A model generated the notes under the pieces. The model saw nothing but the letters and a program-made list of their open reading frames with translations, was not told the origin of the DNA and searched no databases. The translations under genes were made by a program, and so were the position numbers. This document shows positions 47,296-58,407 of a stretch of DNA of 64,000 nt, piece after piece. Position 1 is the stretch's first letter. Each line of letters opens with the position of its first letter. The stretch is taken from the NCBI RefSeq assembly GCF_000143415.4, contig NW_003314317.1, forward strand, positions 62,001-126,000, read 5' to 3'. This stretch comes from Selaginella moellendorffii (Eukaryota; Plantae; Lycopodiophyta).

Positions 47296-49260
47296 TTTGG
47301 CATCACCTCCGCGTCCAGGACCTCGGGGCCCAGCCTGATGGCATTGATATAATTCACGGGGCTGTGAGCGGCGATTCCCGGGAACAAGAGACCAACCAGC
47401 CGAAACATCGTCGACGCCAACGTCTCTTTGTAAGCTTCACCGAACTTGTAGTGCAAGAGAAGGCTCTGGAGGAGCTCCCAGGTTGCGACGGCATGGTCGG
47501 GAAGCAGCTGGTTAGTCGACAAGCTTTTCGCTGTAGGCTCCTCTTGGACGGTCTACAACAGCACGAGTCAGTGAAGAAAACACGCAGAGGCGATCTTACC
47601 TCGCCCCCGTAGCTGCTGCCGTAGAAGAAACAGGGTCCCAGGTGCTTGAACTGGAACGCTAGATCCTCGTACGGAAGGCGAGGGACAAGATCGTTGGAGT
47701 AGACAACTCTGAAGAATCGGTTCTCCGGATGGTTGAGGTTGACGGTCATGTCAGCAGCGAATTCGGTGTCGCCAGCTTTGGGCTGTCCAAAGGTGTAAAC
47801 TCCGGCCAGCCTGCTCGTTACTTGGTTCTCGTTGGCGTGAAAGAGGAAGGAAGTGAAGACCGTGGCAAGCGCGCCCCCGAGACTGTGGCCGGTGATATAA
47901 ACTTTGGCCTCCTTGTGAACTGCTAGAAGCTCCTTCAGCGTGAGACAGGCAGCGTCGTAAGCGAGAAGGCGTCTGTTCTCCGCGGTGCCAGCTTCGGGAA
48001 GGCCGGATAAAAATGGTCTCTGCCGCTGCTTCCCCGGCTCTTCACCGGAAGTTTTCTTCTCGTCGTCCTTGTCCGAAATGGTATTGTCCGACTTCTCGTC
48101 ATTTTCAAGCTCGTGGTCTTCTAACGCTTCCTCGGTGCTGTAGAATTCCGAACCATCCCCACCAGTATCAAAAGTTCTTGCTTCTTCCTCGTGATCGGGT
48201 AAACTATGGTGCTCCGCTGCTTCATCGTCTGGCGTGGTCTTTTCTTTCGAAAGCTTGTCAGCGATGTTTCGCCTGAGCCTGGTGAAAGTGGACATGTCCT
48301 GTCGATCCACCAAGCTGAGAGCCTCAAGGCAGCCAACGTGAACTCGTCCTATTCCAGGGAACTCGTACCACGAGAAATCGAAGCACGAGCTCCAGTCGTA
48401 AGCGTTGAAAGGCACCAGTCCTTGGAAAGCTACGATGATCGCCTGGGCATTCTCGGCTCTGTCCATCGCGATCATGAGCCGGGTGGGCTTGCTTGGCTGA
48501 TACTCTGGCCGGAAAAAAAGCACGGAAGAACTTACGTTAAGCTGCGCAAGAACAAGAGCTACTTACTGTTGATACACTCGAAGACATCCACGGCGTGCAT
48601 CTATAGATCAAACAAGAAGAGAATTTTACGAGCTCGCAAAGTTTCCAGAGTTCTTACCTTCCAATCCTCGGTGACAACCTTGGCTATAACGTGAGAGTTC
48701 TCGTACGCAAGCTTGGAAGCCATCATACAAACGTCGGCGATGAGCTTGGATGCTGGGCTCTCGCTAGCGAAGAAGCTGCTGTGATCCCTGAATTCGTCGC
48801 AGCTCTGGTGGAGTAAGAGGTCTGTGCGTGGATCGAGCAGTCCTACAAAGCTCCAGTATTCATCGGACTCCTCCACTGGAGTTGTTAGGCCTGGAGAAAC
48901 AACGATTTTAGAGAAGAGAATCTGGAGCGAGAATTTACCAGTTCCAGTGACGAGCTTCATTCCCATCTTGAACAATCCCCCATTCACATGAAAGATATTG
49001 AGCCAGAGCTCCACGAATTTGCCCGCCATGGCCAGGCCCCTGGCGATGGCGAGCAGCAGCACCATCATCCACATCGCGAATTTCGCCTGCCAGCTGCTGT
49101 CCACGGCCTCCCGAAGCGATGCCGCGCAGCGCATCGACGGGGCCGGGGCGTCCGGGAAGAGGGAGAGGAAGACATTGAGCAGGCCGCAGCCGCGCGGATC
49201 GAAAATGGCGTAGTTCTCGCCCGCCGCCGCCGCCGCCTTGCGAGAATCCGTGACATCCAT
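47292..49260 (-). CDS. Class 3 (triacylglycerol) lipase, OBL1-like, multi-exon
   Basis: MASKLAYEN; YITGHSLGGALA (catalytic Ser); VYTFGQP; SNDLVPRLP (Asp); C-terminal AAHSPVNYINA (His). Confidence 0.92.
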
Positions 49261-49491
49261 ACCTCTCCAGGCGCCGATTGGTGGGAGCGATGGATCATTC
49301 TCGCTGCTCTTGACGACGGCATCCCAGCTTTGGGCGCCAAGAAAGAATCTCTCACGCTTCTAGGGCAAAATCGCCTCCAACGTGGCAAGACACGTGGGCT
49401 AGTCATTGCTAGGGTTCTTAAACGACGTGGTTCGATTCCCGCCCTTTTTTTTATCACAAGTCTCTTTCGCATTAGCGCTTCCATTCACGAG

Positions 49492-50940
49492 ATGCTTCCA
49501 CAAGGGATTTATTTTGGATCCCTCTTAGCTCCAAATCATCCTAGGCGCTGTTCTTCCCTGCCGCCGCTGCTTTGGCGCCAGAGAAGCTCGAGCATTGTGG
49601 CCATGGTAGCAACAACAGGTATGAGATTTTGCAAGGTTTCGATCGATGTGATGTGAAATTCTTTAGATTCTTCCAAGATCGTTCCCGTTCTTTCGATCTC
49701 CGAGGTTTGTGTGCCTTTTCGTGCTGGATCGATCTACATTTGGCTATTTCAGGTCACCGAGAGGCTCAAATCTCACTCGCACGATGCCCAGAAGACCTAT
49801 CGAGCTATGTACTCGAGCCTCATCGATGGAATTACGACCGATCCCGCCGCCATGGTGATCCCGATGGACGATCATATGGTCCATCGCGGGCATGGCGTCT
49901 TTGACACCGCAACCATCGCTGATGGGTAAGAACTTCCTTCTTTGTTTGTTTGGCTTTGTTTTTCTTCCTTGTGTCTAGCAAATTGGCGCTCTCTTGCCCA
50001 TTGTTCATTGTCTCTTTTCTTTTGTCCTGAGATCTAGCTTGTCAACTCTTGCTTGTCTTCGTTGGAACTTTCTTACTCGTAGAACATTTTTTTTCTCCAA
50101 CAGCTACTTGTACGAGCTTGACGCGCATTTGGACCGGTTCCACAAGTCCGCCGCTGCGGCGAAAATTCAACCACCGTTCGACCGTGCTACCATGCGAGAA
50201 ATTCTTATCCAGACGGTGGCAAGCTCTGGCTGTAAGCTGGGATCACTTCGCTACTGGCTCTCAGCTGGACCTGGGGGATTCGGACTATCATCCTCCGAGT
50301 GCACCATGTCGACGCTCTATGCCGTGGTCCTGTCCTTGCCCGCGATCCCCGATCCCGACATGGGTGTGACAGTGATAACAGCGTCCACGCCAATGAAGCA
50401 CCCCCAGTTTGCAACCATGAAAAACGTCAACTATCTCCCGAATGCACTGTCGAAGCTGGAAGCCGAGAGCCAGGGGGCGTTTGCAGCGATTTGGCTCGAC
50501 GACGAGGGGTTTGTCGCAGAAGGTCCCAATGTGAACGTCGCGTTTATCTCCAAGTCGCGAGAGCTGCTCGTTCCGGAGTTTGACAAGATACTGTCGGGAT
50601 GCACGGCAAGGAGAACAGTAGCTCTTGCGCCGAAGCTCGTGGAGAGCGGAGTTCTTTCGGCCGTGAAAGTAACGAAGATCTCGCCGGAGCAAGCCAAAGA
50701 CTGTCCCGAGATGATGCTTATCGGCAGTACGCTGCCTATTACTCCTGTTGTCAAATGGGATGGACAAGTCATTGGAAACGGTATGTGGAGTGTAGAAGTC
50801 GTTTCTCGTGTTCTTACTTACCAGTGCTTTCAGGTGAGGCTGGTCCCGCGACAATTGCTCTACGAAATCTTGTAGTCGATGACATTCTTAATGGACCATC
50901 AGCCTTAAGAATCCCCGTACCATACACTGGTGAAGCTTAA
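49492..50940 (+). CDS. ADCL: Aminotransferase class IV: 4-amino-4-deoxychorismate lyase / D-amino-acid transaminase, plastid-type
   Basis: AMYSSLIDGITTDPAAMVIPMDDHMVHRGHGVFDTA; YLYELDAHLDRF; FATMKNVNYLPNALSK; AEGPNVNVAF; the start codon is inferred. Confidence 0.88.
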
Positions 50941-51185
50941 AAAGGTGAGAGCTGTGATTGCTATCAGACGGAACTGATTTATTCATAAGTTTGTATAATA
51001 ATGTAACTTTTAAGTATGCTTAGCTTGGCTTTGAGATAGGGTGTGGTTTGCAACACCAAACTGCTTGATGGTTCTCGCAGGTTCGTCCCGTTATGGAGTG
51101 GTATGCTGTCAAGAAAAGCTCGTATCATCAGGTACTCCTTTTTTTTCTAGTCGCAAACTGACACTTGTGGCGTTCTGAAGATTCA

Positions 51186-52076
51186 ATGGAAACTCGGGCA
51201 GAAAAAAAGAATCTCGAGTTTTCATTGCAGCAGCGACCATTGCAAGTAGTTCTAGTTTCTCCCCAGGTACTGGGCTCTCCCTTTTTAATTTCTATCAGCA
51301 CTTTAACATCTTGTAGATTCCTGGAAACACTGGAACTACTGCTCGAACTTGTGCAGCTGTACTAGCGGGGCTACATCTTGTAAAGGTACACGCAAATTTT
51401 TCTCACAATGCAATCTTAGTACTAGTCTTGCTTTTTTAATCTGCACAGCCCCTTGGATTTTCTATAGAAGATTCCAAACTGAAGCGAGCTGGGCTTGATT
51501 ATTGGAAGTAAGAAATTCCACCCTTTCTTTCTTTGTCTTTCATTTCCCATGGTGGCAATTTTCCAACAGGTATATAGTTGTCAAAGTTCACGAATCCTGG
51601 CCACATTTTCTGGACTATTTTAGACAACAGGTCTGTTTGTTTTCAGAAATCTCTACGAGTTTCATGTTTGCGTTACACAGGAAGGCGAGAAGCGTTTAAT
51701 CGCTTACACAAAGACTGGGAAATGCTCCTACTTGGTAAGCACTATATAAGCTTTCCATTCGATCCAAAACTCCTTTGATTGGCAGGACATGAGCTACAAA
51801 CCGGGGGACTGGCTTGTGTTTGGATCCGAGACCGACGGATTAGCTCCCGAGATCCACGAAGAGTGCTCCACTGGAGTCCACGCCGGTGGCACTGTCCGCA
51901 TCCCAATGAACGATGCATTCGTCCGGTGCCTCAACTTGAGCGTATCAGTTGGGATTGGAGTCTACGAAGCATTAAGGCAGCTCGATCGAGGTAGAGCACT
52001 AGGCGATATAGAAAGTGAGAGAGAGCTGCCAAGAATGCTGGAAGACGCCCACGCAAGCGTGGATGGCTTTCCTTGA
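51186..52076 (+). CDS. SpoU-family tRNA 2'-O-methyltransferase (TrmL-like), multi-exon
   Basis: LQVVLVSPQ|IPGNTG..ARTCA; LKRAGLDYW; DWLVFGSETDGL; RIPMNDAFVRCLNLSVSVGIGVYEALRQL. Confidence 0.88.
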
Positions 52077-53082
52077 GAAACCCGTTGAGCAAATCTAACA
52101 GTCAAAGTCAACAAAGAATATTCATAGTCCATCTGGTAGTCAACCTAGGGTTTTTTTCTTCTATTTTTGAAAAATACTGAAACAAAGAGTTTGGTTATTC
52201 TTTGTTCTGAGAATCTCTTCATTTGTATGCATATGATTCACACAGCGTAGCTTGCCAAAAGCATCACGTGGAACCATCACGTGAATCCAAGTTAAGGATT
52301 GTGCCAAATCCTTGAGCGTGGAACCAAAGCCGGAAAAACTTACAAAGTAATTTCGAGTCAGCCAAATCCTTGTTGAGCTTCAAGCTCCCTGTGAAAAGGG
52401 GAAAAAAGGAAGAAAGAGTTTAAATATGTCTAAGATTTGAGAGATTTCAACCTCCTGACCATCTCTTTGGAGCAGCTAGATAGCCAAGCCTCTATGGCTA
52501 TTTTATAATCTTAACTATAATAGTTATAAAATATTATGATTATATTTTTAAAACTAGTTAGACATTGTTACTTATGCATTTGATTACTTTATCTGGCCGT
52601 TTAGCTCAGGACTATATGTATGTATGTATGGTCATGACATAGAGTTCCTGGGGACTAGCCACCTTCAAGATCACAAGTTTTATCGGTGTCAAACACGGCA
52701 CATTGCGACCATGATCGACTGGGTGAAGAACATTCGGTCCACCTCCTCTCTAGTGATGACTCGGATCGTTTCAAAGCCCCATTGCCTGCTATAGGAGATT
52801 TCTTGTCTAAACTAGGATACCTTTGTGCTATCCCTCGCTTGGACACTAATCAGCTGCCTTTTGAAGATGATGCTGGTTTGAAATAGTTCTCAAACAATTG
52901 AGCTTTGAGTGTTGCAATGATGTCAGAATACCATGGCTATTCATGGTTAACGTAGTTGAGCACCTAGTCTCAACGAGGAGGTTCACGGTGGTGCATTGTT
53001 AACATTGCTTGGTCAAGAACTTTTTCCAGCTGCCTACCTCTATCCACTTTCAATCTTGACAAGCTTTTTTTCTCTCTTCTAG

Positions 53083-54077
53083 CTTAGGAGAACCTTTGTG
53101 GAACCTGGCCCGCAAGCATCAGGCTACATATATAATTGAGAGCATGGCAGCCACTTTAAACGAGAGTGAGGAATATGTCCAGTACCGTTCTTCCACTGAC
53201 CATTAAGCATTTGTTGTGTTGTCCATATCGTCAATGTCATGGACAGCCAATTGCTACAGTATTCACTGTAGCCATTAACATCAACACACGTTGGAGATTA
53301 AAAAAAACATATTTCACGTATATAAGTATTCAAAGGTCTCATTGGTGTTGTGCATCCCTTCTTTCTTCTTCTATTGTTCTGGTACCATGGCACAATCTAA
53401 AGGCGCTAGTGAGTGATAACTTTTGAACTTGCTGAATAAGCTCATAATTTTGTTTGTGTATCTAGATGTGGCTCTGGAGCAAGTATTTGGGCTGAAAGGT
53501 CCGTTTCATTCATTCATTAACTGTTTATACATGGTCTCTCAACGCCCCAGGAAACATGAGATCGTTTGGATTGTTTTCATTCATACTTAGATATGTTTTC
53601 TATATTGCAGGAGGGTCTATTACAGAAGGGACTCAAAAGGATAAGAAAGACATCCAGAGTGTGCTGGACAATTGGCACGATGATCTTCTTGATGATACCA
53701 ACCGTAAACAGGTACTCTATTAGACTTTTCTATGATCACAATCGATGTCATTGTTATTCTACCAGAGAACTCTACTTGGTCCATTCAACACAAGAGATAG
53801 AAATAGCTCCTTCAACAAGGATGGATGGAGGCTTGACAGTCAAAGTAATGGTCCTTTTGTGAAGTTCCCTAAAGAAGATCCCGACACTAAGTACCAGAAC
53901 TTTGCCATCCAGTGGCAAAAGTCAGTCTATTCATGTGTGGTTGCTCCGCTCGGCCAAAGCCCCCGACCTGCACACGACCTTATCATAGAAGCATTCAATA
54001 AGAGCATGGCGGAGTTAAAAGTTGCTGTTATCAAGAGGAAGTCTGGAAACACTTGGGAGATAGTGATGGAAAAGTAA
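53083..54077 (+). CDS. Orphan spliced ORF of unknown function; the 5' part may be pseudogenised
   Basis: Exons at ~53466-53499, ~53611-53710 and ~53766-54077 join in phase through GT-AG introns into an open frame; no family recognised and no start codon established. Confidence 0.4.
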
Positions 54078-54232
54078 TCTCCTGTTCATTATGTTTGTAC
54101 TTAAAAGCATTATATTATATGTTTCATTTGCAGCTCTCTAGAAACACTTGGGAGACAGTGATGGAAAAGTAATCTCTTGTTCATTATGTATGTTTGTACT
54201 TAAAAATTATATGTTTCATTTGCAGCTCTCTA
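54047..54232 (+). repeat. Two-copy tandem duplication (~94 bp unit) covering the last codons and stop of the orphan ORF
   Basis: GAAACACTTGGGAGA(T/C)AGTGATGGAAAAGTAATCTC...CATTTGCAGCTCTCTA occurs twice. Confidence 0.85.
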
Positions 54233-55532
54233 CTTTGCAAACTTTTCGACCCCATAGCCGCGCTCTTGGCTGCGACAAGGAGACTCCAACCATGATGGGC
54301 TTGATGGGAGACGGAGGATGATAAGCTTGCTCCAATGCTGGGCTTTTCAATCGAATCACAGCATGATCGATTTACAATAGCAATGGTGAAGAGAATGCCA
54401 TATCGAGCCACTCCAATCACGTGGAACACGCTGCTGGCGACTTTATAACTCCTGGCGGTGTCATGAAGGGACTCCCGAGACTCTCTACTATCCAACACTC
54501 CCACTTACGATCAAGTGCTTGATCCACACCTGGATCTAAGCTTGAATAGCAAGGATGAGATGATAGAACATGGGGAGTTTATATAAAAAACTCATCAATC
54601 AAGTTGTGTTCTTGGTCTTGTTCTTGTTTGCACACACGCTCACTATTATGGTTTCAATCTTGAGTTAACATGTGGTCTTAGCTTTGAACTGCCACGCTCC
54701 CACGTCCTCTATTAACTGGCACTTGGGAGGACTGGGAAGCTTCTGCTTAGGAGTTGTTGCATGATCCTAGTTTAGAAGAACAATCTCCCATAGCGATGGT
54801 GATGGTCAATTTGACACGAGAGAGGAGGTGGATGGAATGTTCTTCACGGGGTCGCAATGTGGTGCTCGTGCTCCAGAGGATTTTGATAGCGTAGTCACAG
54901 TGTGGTTGCTAATGCTCAAGAAGATTTCAATAGCATAACCACAGTGTGGTGCTCATGCTTGGGTTCAATAGCGGCAGCTTCTAAGTCCTCTCTTCCTCCC
55001 CCTCTCTGTTCGTAAAGGTGACGCCAACACCAGCACCAGCACCAGCAGAGCTCCCGGGATTAAAGGTATCTGACAGTGGATTCTTGACAACTTGTCTTGG
55101 AATGTGCAGAATAACTATCACTAGAGCGGAGGTGGATGGAATGTTCTTCACCAAGTTTCAATGCGATTGGGTGCCGATATAACTTGCAAGGGAGTAATGT
55201 TCATTGTGATATGCAACAAAGATCAGATCAACTCATATCTCTAGTTCCAGAGACCTTTACTCCACTTTCTCATTCTTGACAATGATCTTTTCAAGGTAAG
55301 GAGGGAGAGGTAGACAACTGCCCTGTTCTAACAGGTTCTCTCAGCTGTGGTGTAGATGGTGCTGGATGGCGCTCTCCATTGTTTTGATGTGATTGTGGAG
55401 CTTACTTGCTTCCTAAGTAAAAGAAGGTGGCGTCCTCCACGAATCTCTTAAACACACAAATCTCTTGAAAAAAGAAGCATGTTATCTGTATCGTCGTGAT
55501 GATTCATGCCAAGCACATCGAGTGAGTGATCA

Positions 55533-56453
55533 TCAGCTCCTCCTAGTCTTCCACTCGTGGAGCCTTGAGAGGCAACCGAGAGCACAGCAAGATGCCACCC
55601 CCATGATCGCCAGTGCCGGCATTACTCTCGAGGGAACTCTGGGCAGCCAGTGGACGATGACGCTGATAGCGACTGACGGCACTGCGTACAACGAAGCCAC
55701 GAGAATTCCCTCGGCACCGAACTGCCCATCTGGCTCACGATGAAATGCGTGGCCACTCCGGGGATGGATCAATGGGACCTGGTACAAGATGCTGAAAATG
55801 CCCCCGGAGATCACGAAGATGTAGAGCGTGATGGCCGCTCCACACCAAATCTTGGGATCTTGGAGGAAGGGAGCTTTGAGCGCTGCCGGGGAGAGGCACG
55901 CAAGGATCACGGCGGTGCATGCGAGCGCGATCCGTCTCCCGGTGGAGAGAGGCGGCGAGAATATCTCCCCGATTTCTATGCCGGATTTCGAGCGGATCGT
56001 GAGCGCTAGCTGCTGCGCGGTGCTCGATCGCGGTAGGATCTCGATGCCGCCACCGCTGGGTGGGAGATAGAGAACGCAAGGAATGTGAAAACCTGTGACG
56101 TTGAAGCTATGGAGCGCGACGGGAGGAGACTTCGAGGCTTGCATGGACGCGAAGAAGATCGATGTCGAGCCGGCGTGATTCTTGAGAAAGGAGTAGGCCA
56201 GAGAGGAGAATTCGGACTGGAAGAACTCGTCCCTGCCGCTGGCCGCGCTGGAATCGAAGAAGAGAATGTAGAATCCCCGCCCTAGCCCCGATCTTCCGAG
56301 AATTAGCGACTCTAGGGAGGAATCCTGGAGCTCAATGACGCCATCGCTGGAGGCCGCTCTCAATCTTGCGAGCTCCCTGACACGATCGTCGCCTAGAAGA
56401 GCGCCCGCGGAGGCGATCGTAGCCATCAAAAGGACGAAAGAGGCGGCACACAT
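55533..56453 (-). CDS. Oligosaccharyltransferase subunit OST3/OST6 family, intronless
   Basis: Signal peptide; RVRELARLRAASSDGVIEL; thioredoxin-like lumenal part (EFSSLAYSF, IFF); four TM segments with ISGGIFSIL..VP and GQFGAEGILVASLY. Confidence 0.85.
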   Translation of the reverse strand: MCAASFVLLMATIASAGALLGDDRVRELARLRAASSDGVIELQDSSLESLILGRSGLGRGFYILFFDSSAASGRDEFFQSEFSSLAYSFLKNHAGSTSIFFASMQASKSPPVALHSFNVTGFHIPCVLYLPPSGGGIEILPRSSTAQQLALTIRSKSGIEIGEIFSPPLSTGRRIALACTAVILACLSPAALKAPFLQDPKIWCGAAITLYIFVISGGIFSILYQVPLIHPRSGHAFHREPDGQFGAEGILVASLYAVPSVAISVIVHWLPRVPSRVMPALAIMGVASCCALGCLSRLHEWKTRRS

Positions 56454-56490
56454 TTTCTTGGTGACCTACAAAAGCGCCAAGAATTCTTTC

Positions 56491-56600
56491 GTGACACGTG
56501 TAGTGTGTCATGGTGTCACACGTGTACAGTATCGTGGCATAACACGTGGAGATGGAATGGATATGACGTGGATGTCCACCGTGGCAGAATCTTCGTTGGA
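56491..56600. promoter_or_regulatory. Cluster of ACGT-core motifs (three CACGTG G-boxes and one TGACGTGG) in the divergent OST3/6 - transporter promoter
   Basis: gtgaCACGTGta, caCACGTGta, aaCACGTGga and aTGACGTGGa seen directly; function is inferred. Confidence 0.5.
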
Positions 56601-56938
56601 AACCTAGATTGGCGTCTCCATCACTCCAGTTTCCAGTCGGGGAGTCAGGCGGTAGGGTAGGCATTCAAGGCGCAGAGGATTATTCTATGGCGCACCAGTA
56701 GGAGCATCTGATCTGGGGCATTGCGATGGAGCATCATAAATGTGGAGGAATGAGCACAATCTTGAGGTACGAGAGCGATTTCCTGGCGATTTAGCTTGAT
56801 CTGGGTTAAGATTTCGCGAGTATTCTTGCTAGAAGCTCGTTTCTTCGCGAAAATTCTAGCTCTTGATCTCGCATTTTGATTGATTCCAAGCTCGGGTATA
56901 CAGGGATTCATGACTTTGCGGCCCGGATTTTGCTCGCA

Positions 56939-58340
56939 ATGGGCAGCTTGGGAGGCTATGCCAAGGATCCAGAGACTGGAAAGCTCGAGAAGGCGGACGA
57001 GCCGCCCAAGAGGAACGATACTTCGTTGATAAGGTTGGTTTCCTCGTGACTTTAAAGTAGTAGCTTTTACGTGTTTGCTCTCGGTGTTTTCAGCTTGATT
57101 GCAGCTGTTTCCTATGGATTCGCGTCCTTGGCCATGGTTTTCCTTAACAAAGCTGTGCTTATGGAGTATCCGTATTCTATGTCTCTTCTAACGCTCCAGG
57201 TACCTTCATATCCAGAGACAGGAAAAGAAAAAAACATTGACAGTGGTTTTTTAATTTGCTCTTCTGTTCTTCCAGCAAGTTGCGACTGTCTTGCTGTTGC
57301 ATCTAGGGGGCAGCTTTGGGATTTCACAAACTCCACAGTTTTCTCTCAAAATTGCGAGAAAACTTCTTCCGCTGTCCTTTTTCTACAATGCGAACGTTGC
57401 TTTCGCTTTGGCGAGCCTTCAGGGAGTGAACATTCCAATGTATATCGCTCTTAAAAGACTGACACCACTGGCGGTTCTCGTGACCGACATTTTTACTGGC
57501 AAGGGAAAACCGGCTACACAAGTAAGATTTTCGCGCTAAATCTTTCACCGATTTGATTGATGACTAACTGTTTTTTCTTGTTCAGGTTGCTTTGTCAGTC
57601 ATGACTACTGGTTTTGGAGTTCTTATCGCGGCTCTAGGAGATTTTTCATTCGATTTAGTAGGCTATGCATTGGCCTTGACATCGGTTTCCTTCCAGGTTT
57701 GCTCTTGGAGGTTTTAAAACTTATTGCCAAGAAAACTGATTTTGGTTTTTCTAGACTGCATATTTGGTGCTCGTGGAAAGGTCTGGAGGGGAGGACGGCA
57801 TGTCCTCCACAGAGCTTATGTATTATAATGCTCTCCTCTCGCTTCCATTTCTGGCAGTTTTGATAATCTTCACTGGAGAAGCTGGCACTGCTCCGAGGCT
57901 GCTTTTTTACAAGGTTCGACTTGTCTTGCAAACTAAAGAGTCTAATCCTGATCTCGCTTTTCTCAGATCCAATCGATTTACTTCTTTGTCATCGTTGCTC
58001 TCTCGCTGATTATGGGAATTGTCCTCAACTACACCATGTTTCTTTGCACAATCGTAAACTCTGCGTTGACAACCACGATTGTGGGAGTGCTTAAAGGAGT
58101 CGGATCCACGGTAAACACTCTGGTTTTCAATATTTCATAGCTCACGGCTTGACGCTTTGACAGCTTCTTGGTTTCATAGTCCTTGGTGGCGTAGAGGTTC
58201 ACGCTCTAAATGTCGCTGGCTTAGTCATTAACACCGCGGGTGGAGTATGGTACTCCGTTGCCAAACTCAAGCGAAGGAAATCCAAATCTTCCAAATCTAT
58301 GCAGGAGAAACCATTGATACAAATAGGATCAACCAAGTAA
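56939..58340 (+). CDS. Nucleotide-sugar transporter (UTR7/SLC35D-like), multi-exon
   Basis: SLIAAVSYGFASLAMVFLNKAV; FYNANVAFALASLQGVNIPMYIALKRLTPLAV; LNYTMFLCTIVNSALTTTIVGVLKG; TAA at 58338-58340. Confidence 0.9.
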
Positions 58341-58407
58341 ACGATTGATCACAAAAGACGATCGTTCTCTCAGAAAAAATACAAAGAATGGAAGTTCCTA
58401 GCGGTTT

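Noticed and set aside
52595-52612. tRNA-like GGCCGTTTAGCTCAG
   Set aside because: Breaks off into a TATG microsatellite; the rest of the tRNA is absent
54250-55450. Possible degenerate gene fragment with an internal GAGGTGGATGGAATGTTCTTCAC duplication
   Set aside because: No family could be assigned and frames are broken
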